64,000 nt of DNA from positions 30,778 to 94,777 of the IMG/VR virus record IMGVR_UViG_3300021963_000067. One strand, 5' to 3'. The first letter of the stretch is position 1; every line of letters begins with the position of its first letter. The notes beneath the pieces were generated by a model. The model saw only the letters and a program-made list of their open reading frames with translations. It was not told where the DNA came from and did not search any database. Positions 19,895 through 29,834 of the stretch are shown here, piece after piece. This stretch comes from a virus. A program made the translations under genes and the position numbers.

Positions 19895-20395
19895 ATGTTT
19901 CTTTGGAAATACATCGACATACCAAATGAAGAAATTGAATATATAAAAAAATTATATCTAAATAATCTTCCAAATAATAATCATTTTTTTCAACCGATAG
20001 ATATTGATATTTCTAATTTTCTAGGTTTAGAAATTCAACGATTTGTGCTTATACAAGTTGAAGCCAATGCAGTCGGAAGAATACATACTGACTGGCGTCC
20101 AAACAATTACGGAAATCAATTAGCACTCAATATACCATTAATAAATTGCGAAAACAGTACTACTTCTTTATGGTCTAGCAATTACGATCCCCCCACTCAA
20201 TATACAGCCAACGGCCAGCCCTATAATTTTTTCAATCCCGACAGATGTATTAAACTTTCAGAATTTAAATTGACAGCTCCTGTAATATTTAGAACTGACG
20301 TTCCCCATAGCGTAGATAACCCCACATCGGAGATTCGAAAAGCAATCAGTATTAGATTTAAAACAGATCCTTGGCATTTAGTAAATACACCATGA
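19895..20395 (+). CDS. Putative 2OG-Fe(II)/cupin oxygenase
   Basis: IHTD, ALNIP, PHSV.N....R.AISIRF. Confidence 0.65.
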   Translation: MFLWKYIDIPNEEIEYIKKLYLNNLPNNNHFFQPIDIDISNFLGLEIQRFVLIQVEANAVGRIHTDWRPNNYGNQLALNIPLINCENSTTSLWSSNYDPPTQYTANGQPYNFFNPDRCIKLSEFKLTAPVIFRTDVPHSVDNPTSEIRKAISIRFKTDPWHLVNTP

Positions 20396-21009
20396 ACAAC
20401 TATAGATATATAACAACTCCTAAAAATTCTATAAACGAACAAGAGTTCTTTACTGATACAGCTATTATAAAAGAACGATGCGCATGTGGGTCGGGGTTCT
20501 GGCCGGGAAAATGGCAACACCACTCAACTATTTTTACAGAAGAGTTTAAATTATGGCTATTACAATTTAATTGTAAAATTCTTAAAGCTGAGGCCTTTAG
20601 AGTATTTCCACATACTGCATTAGCATGGCATAATGATACCAACGACGATCCTAATGCAGATGATCTAACTCTTAATTTTACCGCTAAAATAAATTTTATG
20701 TGGGGAGATTTACAGAACTGCTTTATGGAATACGGCGAATTATCTAATTCCAAAACTACTGATCGAAAAATTTTTACAAATCAAAGAGGTCGAAGAGCCT
20801 ATGTCTACAATCCAGCCGCAATGAAAATTGTTGAAAGATTTTCTCTTGAGAATACGGTACTAATCAATCGCGGCCCAACTCATCGTGTTAGCAATGAATC
20901 TGATCAGGATTGGTTATGTTTAAGTTGTATTATTGTCGACAATGACACTGATAAACCGTTATTATATAGCAAGGCTATAGATTTATTCAAGTCATCTACT
21001 ATTCTTTAA
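20392..21009 (+). CDS. Putative 2OG-Fe(II)/cupin oxygenase
   Basis: WHND, KINF, THRV.N. Confidence 0.6.
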   Translation: MNNYRYITTPKNSINEQEFFTDTAIIKERCACGSGFWPGKWQHHSTIFTEEFKLWLLQFNCKILKAEAFRVFPHTALAWHNDTNDDPNADDLTLNFTAKINFMWGDLQNCFMEYGELSNSKTTDRKIFTNQRGRRAYVYNPAAMKIVERFSLENTVLINRGPTHRVSNESDQDWLCLSCIIVDNDTDKPLLYSKAIDLFKSSTIL

Positions 21010-21010
21010 C

Positions 21011-21526
21011 ATGATTAACAAAAAATATATTTTTAAACCTAATATGGAATTAGATATTCCCAGATTAAAAGAAATTGTTTTTAGAAATTTAAATATTGTT
21101 GAACCAGATCTAGCTACACATCAACGATATGTAGAGAAAGAACCTTATCTAATCGAACTAAAAGAACGTTATCCTTTCTTATCTAGATTATACAATATCT
21201 ATCCTTCGATGCCCGGAATGACTATTCCTATACATATTTGTCCAAATAGGGGTTGCGCATTAAATATACCTATTCAATACACAGAAGATTCTTATACAGT
21301 ATTCTATGAGCCCAAAGATAAGTTAGAAATGACCTATAATGTTCCTAGAATTTATCATATCATAGATTCCGAAATGTTAGAAGTATATAGATACACCTTA
21401 ACAGAACCAGTTATAATGAATACCAAGCTACCTCACGGAGTGTTTGGTGGACCAAAAATGACTAGAATAATTATGAGTTGGAGCATCCACGACGACTATG
21501 AAATTATGTTAAGTTGTATAACCTAA
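21011..21526 (+). CDS. Putative cupin oxygenase (HxC variant)
   Basis: IHIC, ALNIP, PHGV......R; similar to 19895-20395. Confidence 0.6.
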   Translation: MINKKYIFKPNMELDIPRLKEIVFRNLNIVEPDLATHQRYVEKEPYLIELKERYPFLSRLYNIYPSMPGMTIPIHICPNRGCALNIPIQYTEDSYTVFYEPKDKLEMTYNVPRIYHIIDSEMLEVYRYTLTEPVIMNTKLPHGVFGGPKMTRIIMSWSIHDDYEIMLSCIT

Positions 21527-22075
21527 TTGACTAAAGGCCCATGCTCGCTCTGTACATTGCCAACACACATCACACCTCCCAATTTTTTGTTCTGTACAAC
21601 TATGAGTAATATGTATTAAGTCATCCTGTTTTTCTTTAAACATAATTTTTAAAATATCAGTTTTTAAAAGATTGACAAAGGGAAAAATTATTCTAGCATC
21701 TTTTGATTCTTTATCTCGCTTTGGAGCACCGGGTAAATCATTCAACTCTAGCGGATTTTGATTAATCCCATTAAACAGATAATCAACAGAATAATTGTTA
21801 AAAATATCAATCACTGCTGTGGTACTTTGAAGTCTATGATGTGCTGTGGGATCTCCTACATAAATTGTATACGGTATAGACGTATTGAATTTTTTATTAA
21901 AATGATCAATTATTTTATTCACATACAAAGACGACCCGTCAGTTTTATCTATAGTGAATGGTTGTAGTTTTACACTCGGTTGTTGATTTATAATTAGATA
22001 TAATAATACTGCGCTATCGAGACCCCCGGAGAGCATGATTCCGTACGACTTATCTGGATTTAAGTTAAGTTCCAT
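21509..22075 (-). CDS. QueC-like PP-loop ATPase
   Basis: LSGGLDSA, PF..L.K..I, THSC......CDVCWQCTER. Confidence 0.8.
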   Translation of the reverse strand: MELNLNPDKSYGIMLSGGLDSAVLLYLIINQQPSVKLQPFTIDKTDGSSLYVNKIIDHFNKKFNTSIPYTIYVGDPTAHHRLQSTTAVIDIFNNYSVDYLFNGINQNPLELNDLPGAPKRDKESKDARIIFPFVNLLKTDILKIMFKEKQDDLIHITHSCTEQKIGRCDVCWQCTERAWAFSQLGYTT

Positions 22076-22129
22076 AATTTATTATTTGTAAAAATATTTA
22101 TCTGCCAAAATTATTGTGTAAATATAATC

Positions 22130-22633
22130 ATGTTAGTTTATCCTTTAGAAAATATCAATAACTTCGATGTTCTTGCAAATGAAGTACAAACTTTGATTGA
22201 GGAAGTAGGGTTGAACAACAACCAAATAATTTGTCAACAACTTACACCTAATAGTGTAGACTGGACTACCGGGATAGGACGTATAGCTGAATTAGATCAT
22301 AAAGATGAACATCTTTATAAATTTGTTAATGAAAATCTTAAAGGGTCAAAATTAGAAGAGTTAATTTTAAAATATGATGCTTTTCGAACTAGGGTAATGA
22401 TCATGCCTCCCAAGCAGTGTTATAGTGTGCATTCAGATCCAACTCCAAGAATACACATACCGATAATTACTAATAGCCAATCATGGATGGTATGGCCCTA
22501 TTTAAAGGTATGCGAACAAATGCGACCTGGAAAAGTATATTGGGCAGATACTACTAAACATCACAGTTTTTTCAATGGCGGCGATACTGCTCGTATACAT
22601 ATTGTCATGGGTATAGAGAATAGCGATGTCTAA
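22130..22633 (+). CDS. Aspartyl/asparaginyl beta-hydroxylase-like oxygenase
   Basis: HSD..PRIHIPIITN, DTTKHHSFFNGG..RIHIV. Confidence 0.8.
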   Translation: MLVYPLENINNFDVLANEVQTLIEEVGLNNNQIICQQLTPNSVDWTTGIGRIAELDHKDEHLYKFVNENLKGSKLEELILKYDAFRTRVMIMPPKQCYSVHSDPTPRIHIPIITNSQSWMVWPYLKVCEQMRPGKVYWADTTKHHSFFNGGDTARIHIVMGIENSDV

Positions 22634-23330
22634 TGTTATAGTCCCCCCAGGTATAAGTGGACAGTCGGCTATGTATGATTCGGCTAATACTGATCTCGTA
22701 AATTTGTCTAATGAATTAGTTTTGTCAAATTTAGGAAATGTTGTTCCTCTCAATATTAAAATTAATTGTGAACAATTTATGAATGAGATTAAGCCCTTTG
22801 ATCAGGACTGGGTTGACTATTTGCCAAGAACCGATAGACCGAATAATAGGCAGGCACTAGCTCTGACAAACTTGCCAGGAACTGATCATAAAACAAATAT
22901 CAGTCTTGCACAGGCATCTTATGCAGCCAAAAGAAAATTAAGTGAATTAGATTTTAGTCAACCTACCGACGTCTACAAGAACTGCACTAGTCTTAGTGGT
23001 TTTTTAGATCAGTGGAATCCTCTTGGTAGAACATTTTTAGTTAAATCGAATATAGGCGGATACTTTGTACCTCACAGAGATCACCCAAGCATGCCTAGAG
23101 ATGTTTTTAGATTAATCGTATTTTTAAACAATTGTAATCCTTTAGATTATGATTGGTTAATGGACGATAAAAAACTACAAATAGAAATAGGTAGAGTATA
23201 TTACATTAATACTCGACTAGCTCATAGAACTATTTCTTGGGTAGACAACAGCATTCATCTTATTCTCAATGTGCCGTTTAACACAGAAAACATAAGCAAG
23301 GTAGTAGGTAAACTTTACCACACTCACTGA
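22626..23330 (+). CDS. Aspartyl/asparaginyl beta-hydroxylase-like oxygenase
   Basis: GGYFVPHRD, INTRLAH, SIHLILN. Confidence 0.7.
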   Translation: MSNVIVPPGISGQSAMYDSANTDLVNLSNELVLSNLGNVVPLNIKINCEQFMNEIKPFDQDWVDYLPRTDRPNNRQALALTNLPGTDHKTNISLAQASYAAKRKLSELDFSQPTDVYKNCTSLSGFLDQWNPLGRTFLVKSNIGGYFVPHRDHPSMPRDVFRLIVFLNNCNPLDYDWLMDDKKLQIEIGRVYYINTRLAHRTISWVDNSIHLILNVPFNTENISKVVGKLYHTH

Positions 23331-23352
23331 TCAAAATAACAGTTTAATCTAG

Positions 23353-24933
23353 TTAGTTAAGATCAACCCAAGCAGCCCCAGTATATCCTTGAAACTTGGT
23401 ACCAGTAGTATTAAACACCATCATGCCCGCAGTGGGTGCTGTAATAGCTGCATCTCTTGCAGTATCATTTGCATAGACTGCTAATTTAACAGCACCATTA
23501 AATGTTGTCTGCCTATTCGAACCAATCGAAACAGCAACACCAGTAGCTGTAGTTCCTGTTAAGAAATCTATCTTTGTAGGAACAACGCCTGCAGATACTG
23601 CACCATCGACTACAGCAGCAATAGCTGCTCTAACTTGAAAGTTGGCACCGTCGTAGGCTGAAAAAGCAATGTCCACAATGTCATCACCGTTATTTACAAC
23701 TAGTGGGATTGCGGTAGTTCCTCTAGATCTAGAGAATTGAAAATTCCTTGCATCGGCAGTGCTGTGCGCTTGTCTACCATTAAAAAATGGTGTTGAGGCA
23801 TATGTGTTATTAACTAAGTTTAGTCTTCCATCTTGAACATCATTGCCAATGGTAATTAAGTTTGCAGTAGCAGATCCGTCATCTAATCCAGAAACAAGAG
23901 TCAATACATCAACAGGATTAGAAATTATCGAAGTGTCAATTGATGTGACTTCTAACGTATTCGTATTTGCAAAATATCGCAATGCAGTATCAACACCAAT
24001 GTAGCTAGGTGCAGATGTATTGCCAACAAACGTAATATATGCAGGAGTAGCGTCATCTCGTATGCTAGGACGTAATTCGGTGATATCGGCTGATACATAG
24101 ACCACTCCTCCCGGAGCAGATCTAACCTGACATCCTTGATCGCCACGGATTTCTAAGGTGCCACCGTTGGCTATTGTAGTACTAGTAGAATCTTCGGTTG
24201 CTACAATGAAGCCAAAGGCTGTGCCGTTTAGAGTAGATCCTGCTGGTAAACTGACTGGGTTAACAACTGACAAACTAGCAGCACTAATTGATTTTGTACG
24301 TGCATTAATAATAAGAGTACTATCATCGCCCACAATATTAATATTGTAGTTCATTCCGGCTTCAACACCAGCACCCGATCCTGTTCCAATAGCAACACCG
24401 TTAATTGTAGATCCTGCTGGCAAATTAACAGCTGATCCTGTAGCTGTAATAGTAGCAGAGCCAAGCTCAATGCTAGAACCACTTAGGTATAGATCTCTAA
24501 ATCTATTTGATACACTGCCTAAATCATATGCTTCATTGGCATTTGGAACAACATTGCCTTTAACTGTTCCGTCCAAATTAACTGCACCTGTTAGTGCATT
24601 CAATAATAGTGTAGAATCAGACGCATAAACTGATCCTTTGAATCCTGGAGCTTCTATAGTACCATCGTAAACGGATAAGTCTATTTGTGAATTTATTCTA
24701 CCTGTTGTATCGTTGTAGGTAAATGCAATGTTATTGTGCGTACCGCTGACTAGCATTGTAGAAGCAATGTCTTGGACGTCTTCTGTGACTAGTGTTCCTG
24801 CGGGTAAACCGCCGGCTGTGGTTCCGTTTCCGATATATAACGAATTTGTTGATGTATCCCAAATAAGCTCACCCACAACTGGGGTATAACTCATTCGATC
24901 TGCGGTTGGACCACGTCTGATTTGTAAGGCCAT
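23353..24933 (-). CDS. Tail-fibre / virion structural protein (Mtd-N-like N-terminus)
   Basis: MALQIRRG...GELIWDT...LYIGNG; YDLGS...RFRDLYLS; C-terminal GMMVFNTT..KFQGY.G..W. Confidence 0.8.
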   Translation of the reverse strand: MALQIRRGPTADRMSYTPVVGELIWDTSTNSLYIGNGTTAGGLPAGTLVTEDVQDIASTMLVSGTHNNIAFTYNDTTGRINSQIDLSVYDGTIEAPGFKGSVYASDSTLLLNALTGAVNLDGTVKGNVVPNANEAYDLGSVSNRFRDLYLSGSSIELGSATITATGSAVNLPAGSTINGVAIGTGSGAGVEAGMNYNINIVGDDSTLIINARTKSISAASLSVVNPVSLPAGSTLNGTAFGFIVATEDSTSTTIANGGTLEIRGDQGCQVRSAPGGVVYVSADITELRPSIRDDATPAYITFVGNTSAPSYIGVDTALRYFANTNTLEVTSIDTSIISNPVDVLTLVSGLDDGSATANLITIGNDVQDGRLNLVNNTYASTPFFNGRQAHSTADARNFQFSRSRGTTAIPLVVNNGDDIVDIAFSAYDGANFQVRAAIAAVVDGAVSAGVVPTKIDFLTGTTATGVAVSIGSNRQTTFNGAVKLAVYANDTARDAAITAPTAGMMVFNTTGTKFQGYTGAAWVDLN

Positions 24934-24995
24934 ATTAATAACTCCGAGGCAATGTTAGTCTAGTATTTATGCTTTTGTCTATAGATCCTAGAGCC

Positions 24996-25026
24996 AAAAA
25001 AATAGGGCTCCGAAGAGCCCTATTTT
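24996..25026 (-). terminator. Rho-independent terminator
   Basis: AAAATAGGGCTC-TTCG-GAGCCCTATTTTTTT. Confidence 0.9.
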
Positions 25027-25037
25027 ATGCTACGTTA

Positions 25038-25640
25038 TTACATGGTAGGCCCGTTTCCGTTCCTAAACCCCACTGCACCGCCTTCTGCTTCAATACGCTT
25101 TAACACATCTTCAAACAATATGGGCGCAAAGTCTGGTGTTTGTTCTACGCATACACAATGATATCTAGGATCGATTTCATCGCCGTATAAAACATCACCG
25201 GTTTTAGCATCAACTCCACGGGCCTTACGCACTCGATTTGAGTGTAAATGTCCATGAATGTTAACTCCAAAGCGTCCTAAACTATCGCTATGTACAGGAA
25301 TGTGACTTAAGATCATTCCGTTCATAACATGATAAGCACGTAATTCACGAAAGTGAGCACGATAGTCCTCGTCCTTAAAGATATCGTGGTTACCACGGAT
25401 CAACACCTTGTCCCCGTTTAATCTGCGCATAATCGCCAACGCTTTACGGTTAATAACAACATCACCTAAATGGTAGACTTTGTCAGTGGGTTTAACTCGT
25501 TCGTTCCACGCTTTAACCATTGCTTCGTCCATTTCGTCTGGATCTGTCCACGGCCTTAATTTTTCACCGTCATTACGAGTAAACTTACATACGCCCGTGT
25601 GACCAAAGTGAGTATCGCTTACTAAAAATACACTAGGCAT
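25038..25640 (-). CDS. Calcineurin-like metallophosphoesterase
   Basis: SDTHFGH, LGD, GNHD, HGHLH. Confidence 0.92.
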   Translation of the reverse strand: MPSVFLVSDTHFGHTGVCKFTRNDGEKLRPWTDPDEMDEAMVKAWNERVKPTDKVYHLGDVVINRKALAIMRRLNGDKVLIRGNHDIFKDEDYRAHFRELRAYHVMNGMILSHIPVHSDSLGRFGVNIHGHLHSNRVRKARGVDAKTGDVLYGDEIDPRYHCVCVEQTPDFAPILFEDVLKRIEAEGGAVGFRNGNGPTM

Positions 25641-25651
25641 ACTATTCTCCT

Positions 25652-26119
25652 TTATTCAATAGATTTAAATGTTCGCCAATCATCAATGTTTGGCTTTTCG
25701 TTTTCATCGTATGTCCAACCCAATGCTTTCATCATGCGATGCTTGACTAGTAGGTTAGGACTACGGAATCTTTCTGTATCCTGAAATCCCATCATCACAC
25801 CTACTTCACATACTGCACCCGATCTGCAAATTCCAGCAAAACAGTGAACAACCACATTCATACGATTGTCCAAGGCATGTTGCAGTAAACGAACTAACTC
25901 TGCGGCCTGCTCATGACTGCACTTCATAGCTTCTTCAAGAACATGGTCCTTTTCTTCTACATCCAAAAACTCAAAGTCATGACGCTCTTTGAATTGGTGC
26001 TTGGCGTCCGGCCGCCAACTTGCTGGATCAACAATGCTGATCAGCATACTGTTAGGGCCGGCATCGTGATGAAATCCTGTTGGAATATCACTTGCAGCTA
26101 CGTTTTCAATCCACGGCAT
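25652..26119 (-). CDS. Protein-tyrosine/dual-specificity phosphatase-like protein
   Basis: HCFAGICRS (HCx5R). Confidence 0.85.
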   Translation of the reverse strand: MPWIENVAASDIPTGFHHDAGPNSMLISIVDPASWRPDAKHQFKERHDFEFLDVEEKDHVLEEAMKCSHEQAAELVRLLQHALDNRMNVVVHCFAGICRSGAVCEVGVMMGFQDTERFRSPNLLVKHRMMKALGWTYDENEKPNIDDWRTFKSIE

Positions 26120-26346
26120 TATACACGCTCCTTTTTCATTCGGCCAATTCTACTGGCTTTGTTCCAATCGTAGATAACGCCATCTGGACATTTGCCATCG
26201 ATCACCGAGTCAACTCCAAACTTACCTACAATTTCAAATTCGCCGCCTTGTATGGAAACGAACACATTCAATTCTTTGGCGAATGCCATAGCCAAATCTA
26301 AGTTGGCAAATTCTGTTTCTTTATTTTTGTCTATTACTTTATACAT
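26119..26346 (-). CDS. Hypothetical protein, probably leaderless
   Basis: ATG (MYKVID) 6 nt after the -10 box. Confidence 0.75.
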   Translation of the reverse strand: MYKVIDKNKETEFANLDLAMAFAKELNVFVSIQGGEFEIVGKFGVDSVIDGKCPDGVIYDWNKASRIGRMKKERV

Positions 26347-26352
26347 GCTGTT

Positions 26353-26408
26353 ATTATACAACCTTTAGCCCAATTTGTCAAGCATGATCTGTTGTAATTT
26401 TACAACAG
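26353..26408 (-). promoter_or_regulatory. Sigma70 promoter plus upstream palindromic site
   Basis: TTGACA-17-TATAAT (26353-26381); CTGTTGTAA-TT-TTACAACAG (26389-26408). Confidence 0.8.
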
Positions 26409-26423
26409 TTAAAATTTAATTTA

Positions 26424-27653
26424 TCAATAGTATTCGACAACTATTCCGGAAACAAAGTTTCGATATTTTTCTTCTACATCGTCCGGTGTACTGCCTGTGA
26501 AAATAGCCCAACCGTTATTAAAAACTGAGAGATCATTTCTTACCATTTGTATCTTTCCTTTTGGAAGACTTACTACATCTGCAAGGTTGTTTTCTTTAAT
26601 TTCTATATGTTGAATTTCTTTCTTTTCAAAGGGCAATTGTCTGAATAAAACAGATTTATTAATTGATAGAGTATAGTCAATTCCATGCAACAACTTGTTA
26701 ATTAATTTATATCCGTAATCTTTTTCCCCGGCATGCCACATTAGTGTATGAGATACAGATAACCTTGGAGAAAAATCAATAAAGTGTATCTTATTATTTT
26801 TGTCCACTATTATGTCAAGCATAAATGGACTGTTATCAAATTTTATTTTGTCAAAGAATTTTTTTAGATACTGTGTTGTTTTATCTTGTAATAATCTACT
26901 GGAATATTTTGAAGGATATTTCAATCCAGTTTCCGCCGCATAAGGATAAGATGTTGATTCGATATCGAAAATAAAATCAAAATATATTTGCTCTTTATAA
27001 ACATGCCCAATAAAAGAAACAACATCGCCCTCGACATATGTCTGAATCATATACTCATGCATACCTGAGCAGTATTGTAATTTTTTATAATTGACTCCAT
27101 GCGTTTCCTGATACTTATGGAGTTGTTCTTCGGTATCAGCAAAAAAATCTATTAGCGATTGCTGATCCTCAATAATTTGTATTCCTACACTAGCGGTGCC
27201 AACGCTAGGCTTTACTATGCAAGGATATTTTATGTTTTTAGGAGGAGTAGATAATGTCTCGCAAGATTCTAAAGTATCATATAACACAGGAAACGGTATT
27301 TGTAGTTCATGCCATAAGTTATAATAACCTATTTTACTATTAATTAATTTTGCAGTATCTGGAGAAATTCCGTGTAAGTTAAATTTTTTATTAAGTTCAG
27401 CAACAACTAATATTGACCGGTCGCCAAATGCTGGAAAAATACAAGCATAATTATTTTTTTCAAATAAGTGTTCTACAGTTTTTGCAATGCTATTAGTAAT
27501 GTGTCGATTGGGATATAAACTTGTAAGTTTATTTAATATTTCAAATTGCATAGCACTTTCCGGAAGTATTACATCAACTTCAACTCCGTGTTGCAACAAA
27601 TTATCTAAAATAATTAAATTATTGTAATTAACCAATAAAAATAAAAGTTTCAA
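26424..27653 (-). CDS. ATP-grasp ligase (amino-acid ligase-like)
   Basis: YPCIVKPSVGTASVGI, YMIQTYVEG, FIDFSPRL. Confidence 0.85.
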   Translation of the reverse strand: MKLLFLLVNYNNLIILDNLLQHGVEVDVILPESAMQFEILNKLTSLYPNRHITNSIAKTVEHLFEKNNYACIFPAFGDRSILVVAELNKKFNLHGISPDTAKLINSKIGYYNLWHELQIPFPVLYDTLESCETLSTPPKNIKYPCIVKPSVGTASVGIQIIEDQQSLIDFFADTEEQLHKYQETHGVNYKKLQYCSGMHEYMIQTYVEGDVVSFIGHVYKEQIYFDFIFDIESTSYPYAAETGLKYPSKYSSRLLQDKTTQYLKKFFDKIKFDNSPFMLDIIVDKNNKIHFIDFSPRLSVSHTLMWHAGEKDYGYKLINKLLHGIDYTLSINKSVLFRQLPFEKKEIQHIEIKENNLADVVSLPKGKIQMVRNDLSVFNNGWAIFTGSTPDDVEEKYRNFVSGIVVEYY

Positions 27654-27689
27654 GAAAGCACCATTAGTAAAACATAATTTAATATTTCA

Positions 27690-28580
27690 TCAATTTGATA
27701 GAGCGATGACTGCATTTTTAATTAATTGTTCTACAGGTTTACGACCAAATTCATTTAACTCGTTAAATTCTCGTATAAAGTCCGCTTGTACAGATCGATC
27801 ACTCATATATTCTTTTAAAAATTGTGACCAAAATTTTTCTGCTGCCGGATCGGTATTTTTTGGAAGAATGAATGTAAATGCGTCAACGTCTTGCCAGCCT
27901 GGAAGAATACTATTTACAGTAGGTACATCGGGATATTCTTGTAGACGCTGATTACTGCCAACAGCAATTAATTTAATTTTTCCCGAGTCAATCATTGCCT
28001 TAGAAATTAATAATGGTGGGGCTCCAAATTGAACGTGTCCTCCAGCTATATCTTGTACTAACGGTGCACCGCCTTTATACGGTACCCAGACAAAATCAGG
28101 TTTTTTCTTAGACAGTTCTATAAACTTTTCTAACAACATTCTTTGTCCGGGTGCACCGAAACCCACTGTTACAGTACCTTTGTACAAGTCTTGAATAGAA
28201 TTGATCCCGCTATTTTTATGAGTAATATAGGCCGAAACACTATTTCTAACAGCAGTTACAGTATCTAATTCTGCAGTTGGATTTTTTATTCGTTGTGTTG
28301 CAATTGTCCCAACAGTGCCAAATGATATATGATACCCGTCTTTAGGCATACCGGCAATTTCATTCATACCAATAAGCCCTTCAGCACCTGGCCTATATAA
28401 TGGTGTAAAATTTAAACCTTTCTTGGTTGCATATTTTTCAAAGTGTCTAAATGTTTGATCTACACCTCCACCTGGAGCAAACGGTATAACAACTGTTATA
28501 GGTTTAGATGTAGGGTCGAATGCATATGCATTTGTAATTGTTAAAATTAACAGTGATACAAAATATTTTAAAATTCTCAT
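27690..28580 (-). CDS. Bug/TctC substrate-binding protein
   Basis: Signal peptide; IPFAPGGGVD, RPGAEG, VPYKGG, YPDVPT. Confidence 0.92.
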   Translation of the reverse strand: MRILKYFVSLLILTITNAYAFDPTSKPITVVIPFAPGGGVDQTFRHFEKYATKKGLNFTPLYRPGAEGLIGMNEIAGMPKDGYHISFGTVGTIATQRIKNPTAELDTVTAVRNSVSAYITHKNSGINSIQDLYKGTVTVGFGAPGQRMLLEKFIELSKKKPDFVWVPYKGGAPLVQDIAGGHVQFGAPPLLISKAMIDSGKIKLIAVGSNQRLQEYPDVPTVNSILPGWQDVDAFTFILPKNTDPAAEKFWSQFLKEYMSDRSVQADFIREFNELNEFGRKPVEQLIKNAVIALSN

Positions 28581-28648
28581 TTCGAGATTGCCTCTTTGTT
28601 TAATAGGGTATTTATTTTTGCTAATTGATATCTTTAATGAAGCTGGTA

Positions 28649-29806
28649 TTAGAGATCACCTAGATAGTAAGGAGGAGACATGATCCATTTATAGGCATTC
28701 GGTTGACCGTTTGGATCTAAGAACAAAAAATCTTTATCAATATTGTCTAATTGATTTTGATAATAGTACTGCCAGCGATCTACTAGAGAGCTAAATTCGG
28801 AATTGTCATAAAACCAAAAATCTTTGTCCTTTCTAAATCCGCCAGGCTTTGCAGCTTGGAATCGATTAAAGTTCCAATACGGATAGCAAACATCTTTGAT
28901 AATTTCACTGCAAATTCCATAGTGCTGACTGGTGTTGATAAACTGTATTTTGTCAGGATTAGACTTAAACCATAAAAATAGTTGGTGGGCCATTTCGTAG
29001 GCAAGCAACGGCATGTCCGGAGTCCAATAAAAATACTCTACATTATTTGAATCGCTGTTTACCGGAACAGCATTTTGTATAAGATCATCTCGAAAATAAA
29101 AAAATACCTGATTACCTTCAGAATTTTTTCTAAGATAGGGTTTATCAGTACCCCAAATTGCGGCCACACGTTTTCCTTGATCTAACAAATTAATTTCTGT
29201 ATCTGAGTAAGACTGCATTCTTAAAAAATTTACAGCACTATGCATGTGATTCTGTGTAGTAAACAAATCATCGTTATACAAATTTGAGTTTGCACGTTCT
29301 AACCAATCAGCAGTTATGATTTTTATTTCAGGATGATGAGTTCTTAAATATTCTAAATCTGGCTTAATAACATAATCCCATTCACTGACAAAATTGTTTG
29401 CTCCTGTATCTGTAGAATTAGGTTTATAAATTCCGTTATCTAAAATTTTATAAGGCCACCTAACAAATACATAATCTAATTTAATATTGTTTTGCAAAAA
29501 AGTATGTAAAATGTTGTGGCTATCAGATCCACCACTGTAATATAAAATTAATTCATCGTAATTGTCTCTAAGTTGTTGCGCTCGTTCTTTATATAATGTT
29601 TTTAATGGAATTTTCCCTAATAAATCTTTATTAAAGTTTTTAAAGGTGTCATGATACCACAGGTACCAAACTACACACAGCAATCCTTGTTTACGTAGTC
29701 GAGTGGCTTCTAATAGAGCTTGAACTTTATTTTTATGGGATGAAATTATTTTGTTTGTATCGGAATGGCAAACACAATACATTCCTTGATGATCTGATCT
29801 AGTCAT
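28649..29806 (-). CDS. PP-loop ATP pyrophosphatase family protein
   Basis: LYKERAQQLRDNYD.LIL.YSGGSDSHN, G.DKP, EYFYWTP. Confidence 0.75.
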   Translation of the reverse strand: MTRSDHQGMYCVCHSDTNKIISSHKNKVQALLEATRLRKQGLLCVVWYLWYHDTFKNFNKDLLGKIPLKTLYKERAQQLRDNYDELILYYSGGSDSHNILHTFLQNNIKLDYVFVRWPYKILDNGIYKPNSTDTGANNFVSEWDYVIKPDLEYLRTHHPEIKIITADWLERANSNLYNDDLFTTQNHMHSAVNFLRMQSYSDTEINLLDQGKRVAAIWGTDKPYLRKNSEGNQVFFYFRDDLIQNAVPVNSDSNNVEYFYWTPDMPLLAYEMAHQLFLWFKSNPDKIQFINTSQHYGICSEIIKDVCYPYWNFNRFQAAKPGGFRKDKDFWFYDNSEFSSLVDRWQYYYQNQLDNIDKDFLFLDPNGQPNAYKWIMSPPYYLGDL

Positions 29807-29834
29807 AAAACTATTTATAGTTCATAAATACCCT

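Noticed and set aside
21509-22075. 7-deazaguanine DNA-modification system
   Set aside because: Only a QueC-like gene; no folE, queD, queE or dpdA in the window
23353-24933. Diversity-generating retroelement target (Mtd-like N-terminus)
   Set aside because: No reverse transcriptase or template/variable repeat pair seen in the window
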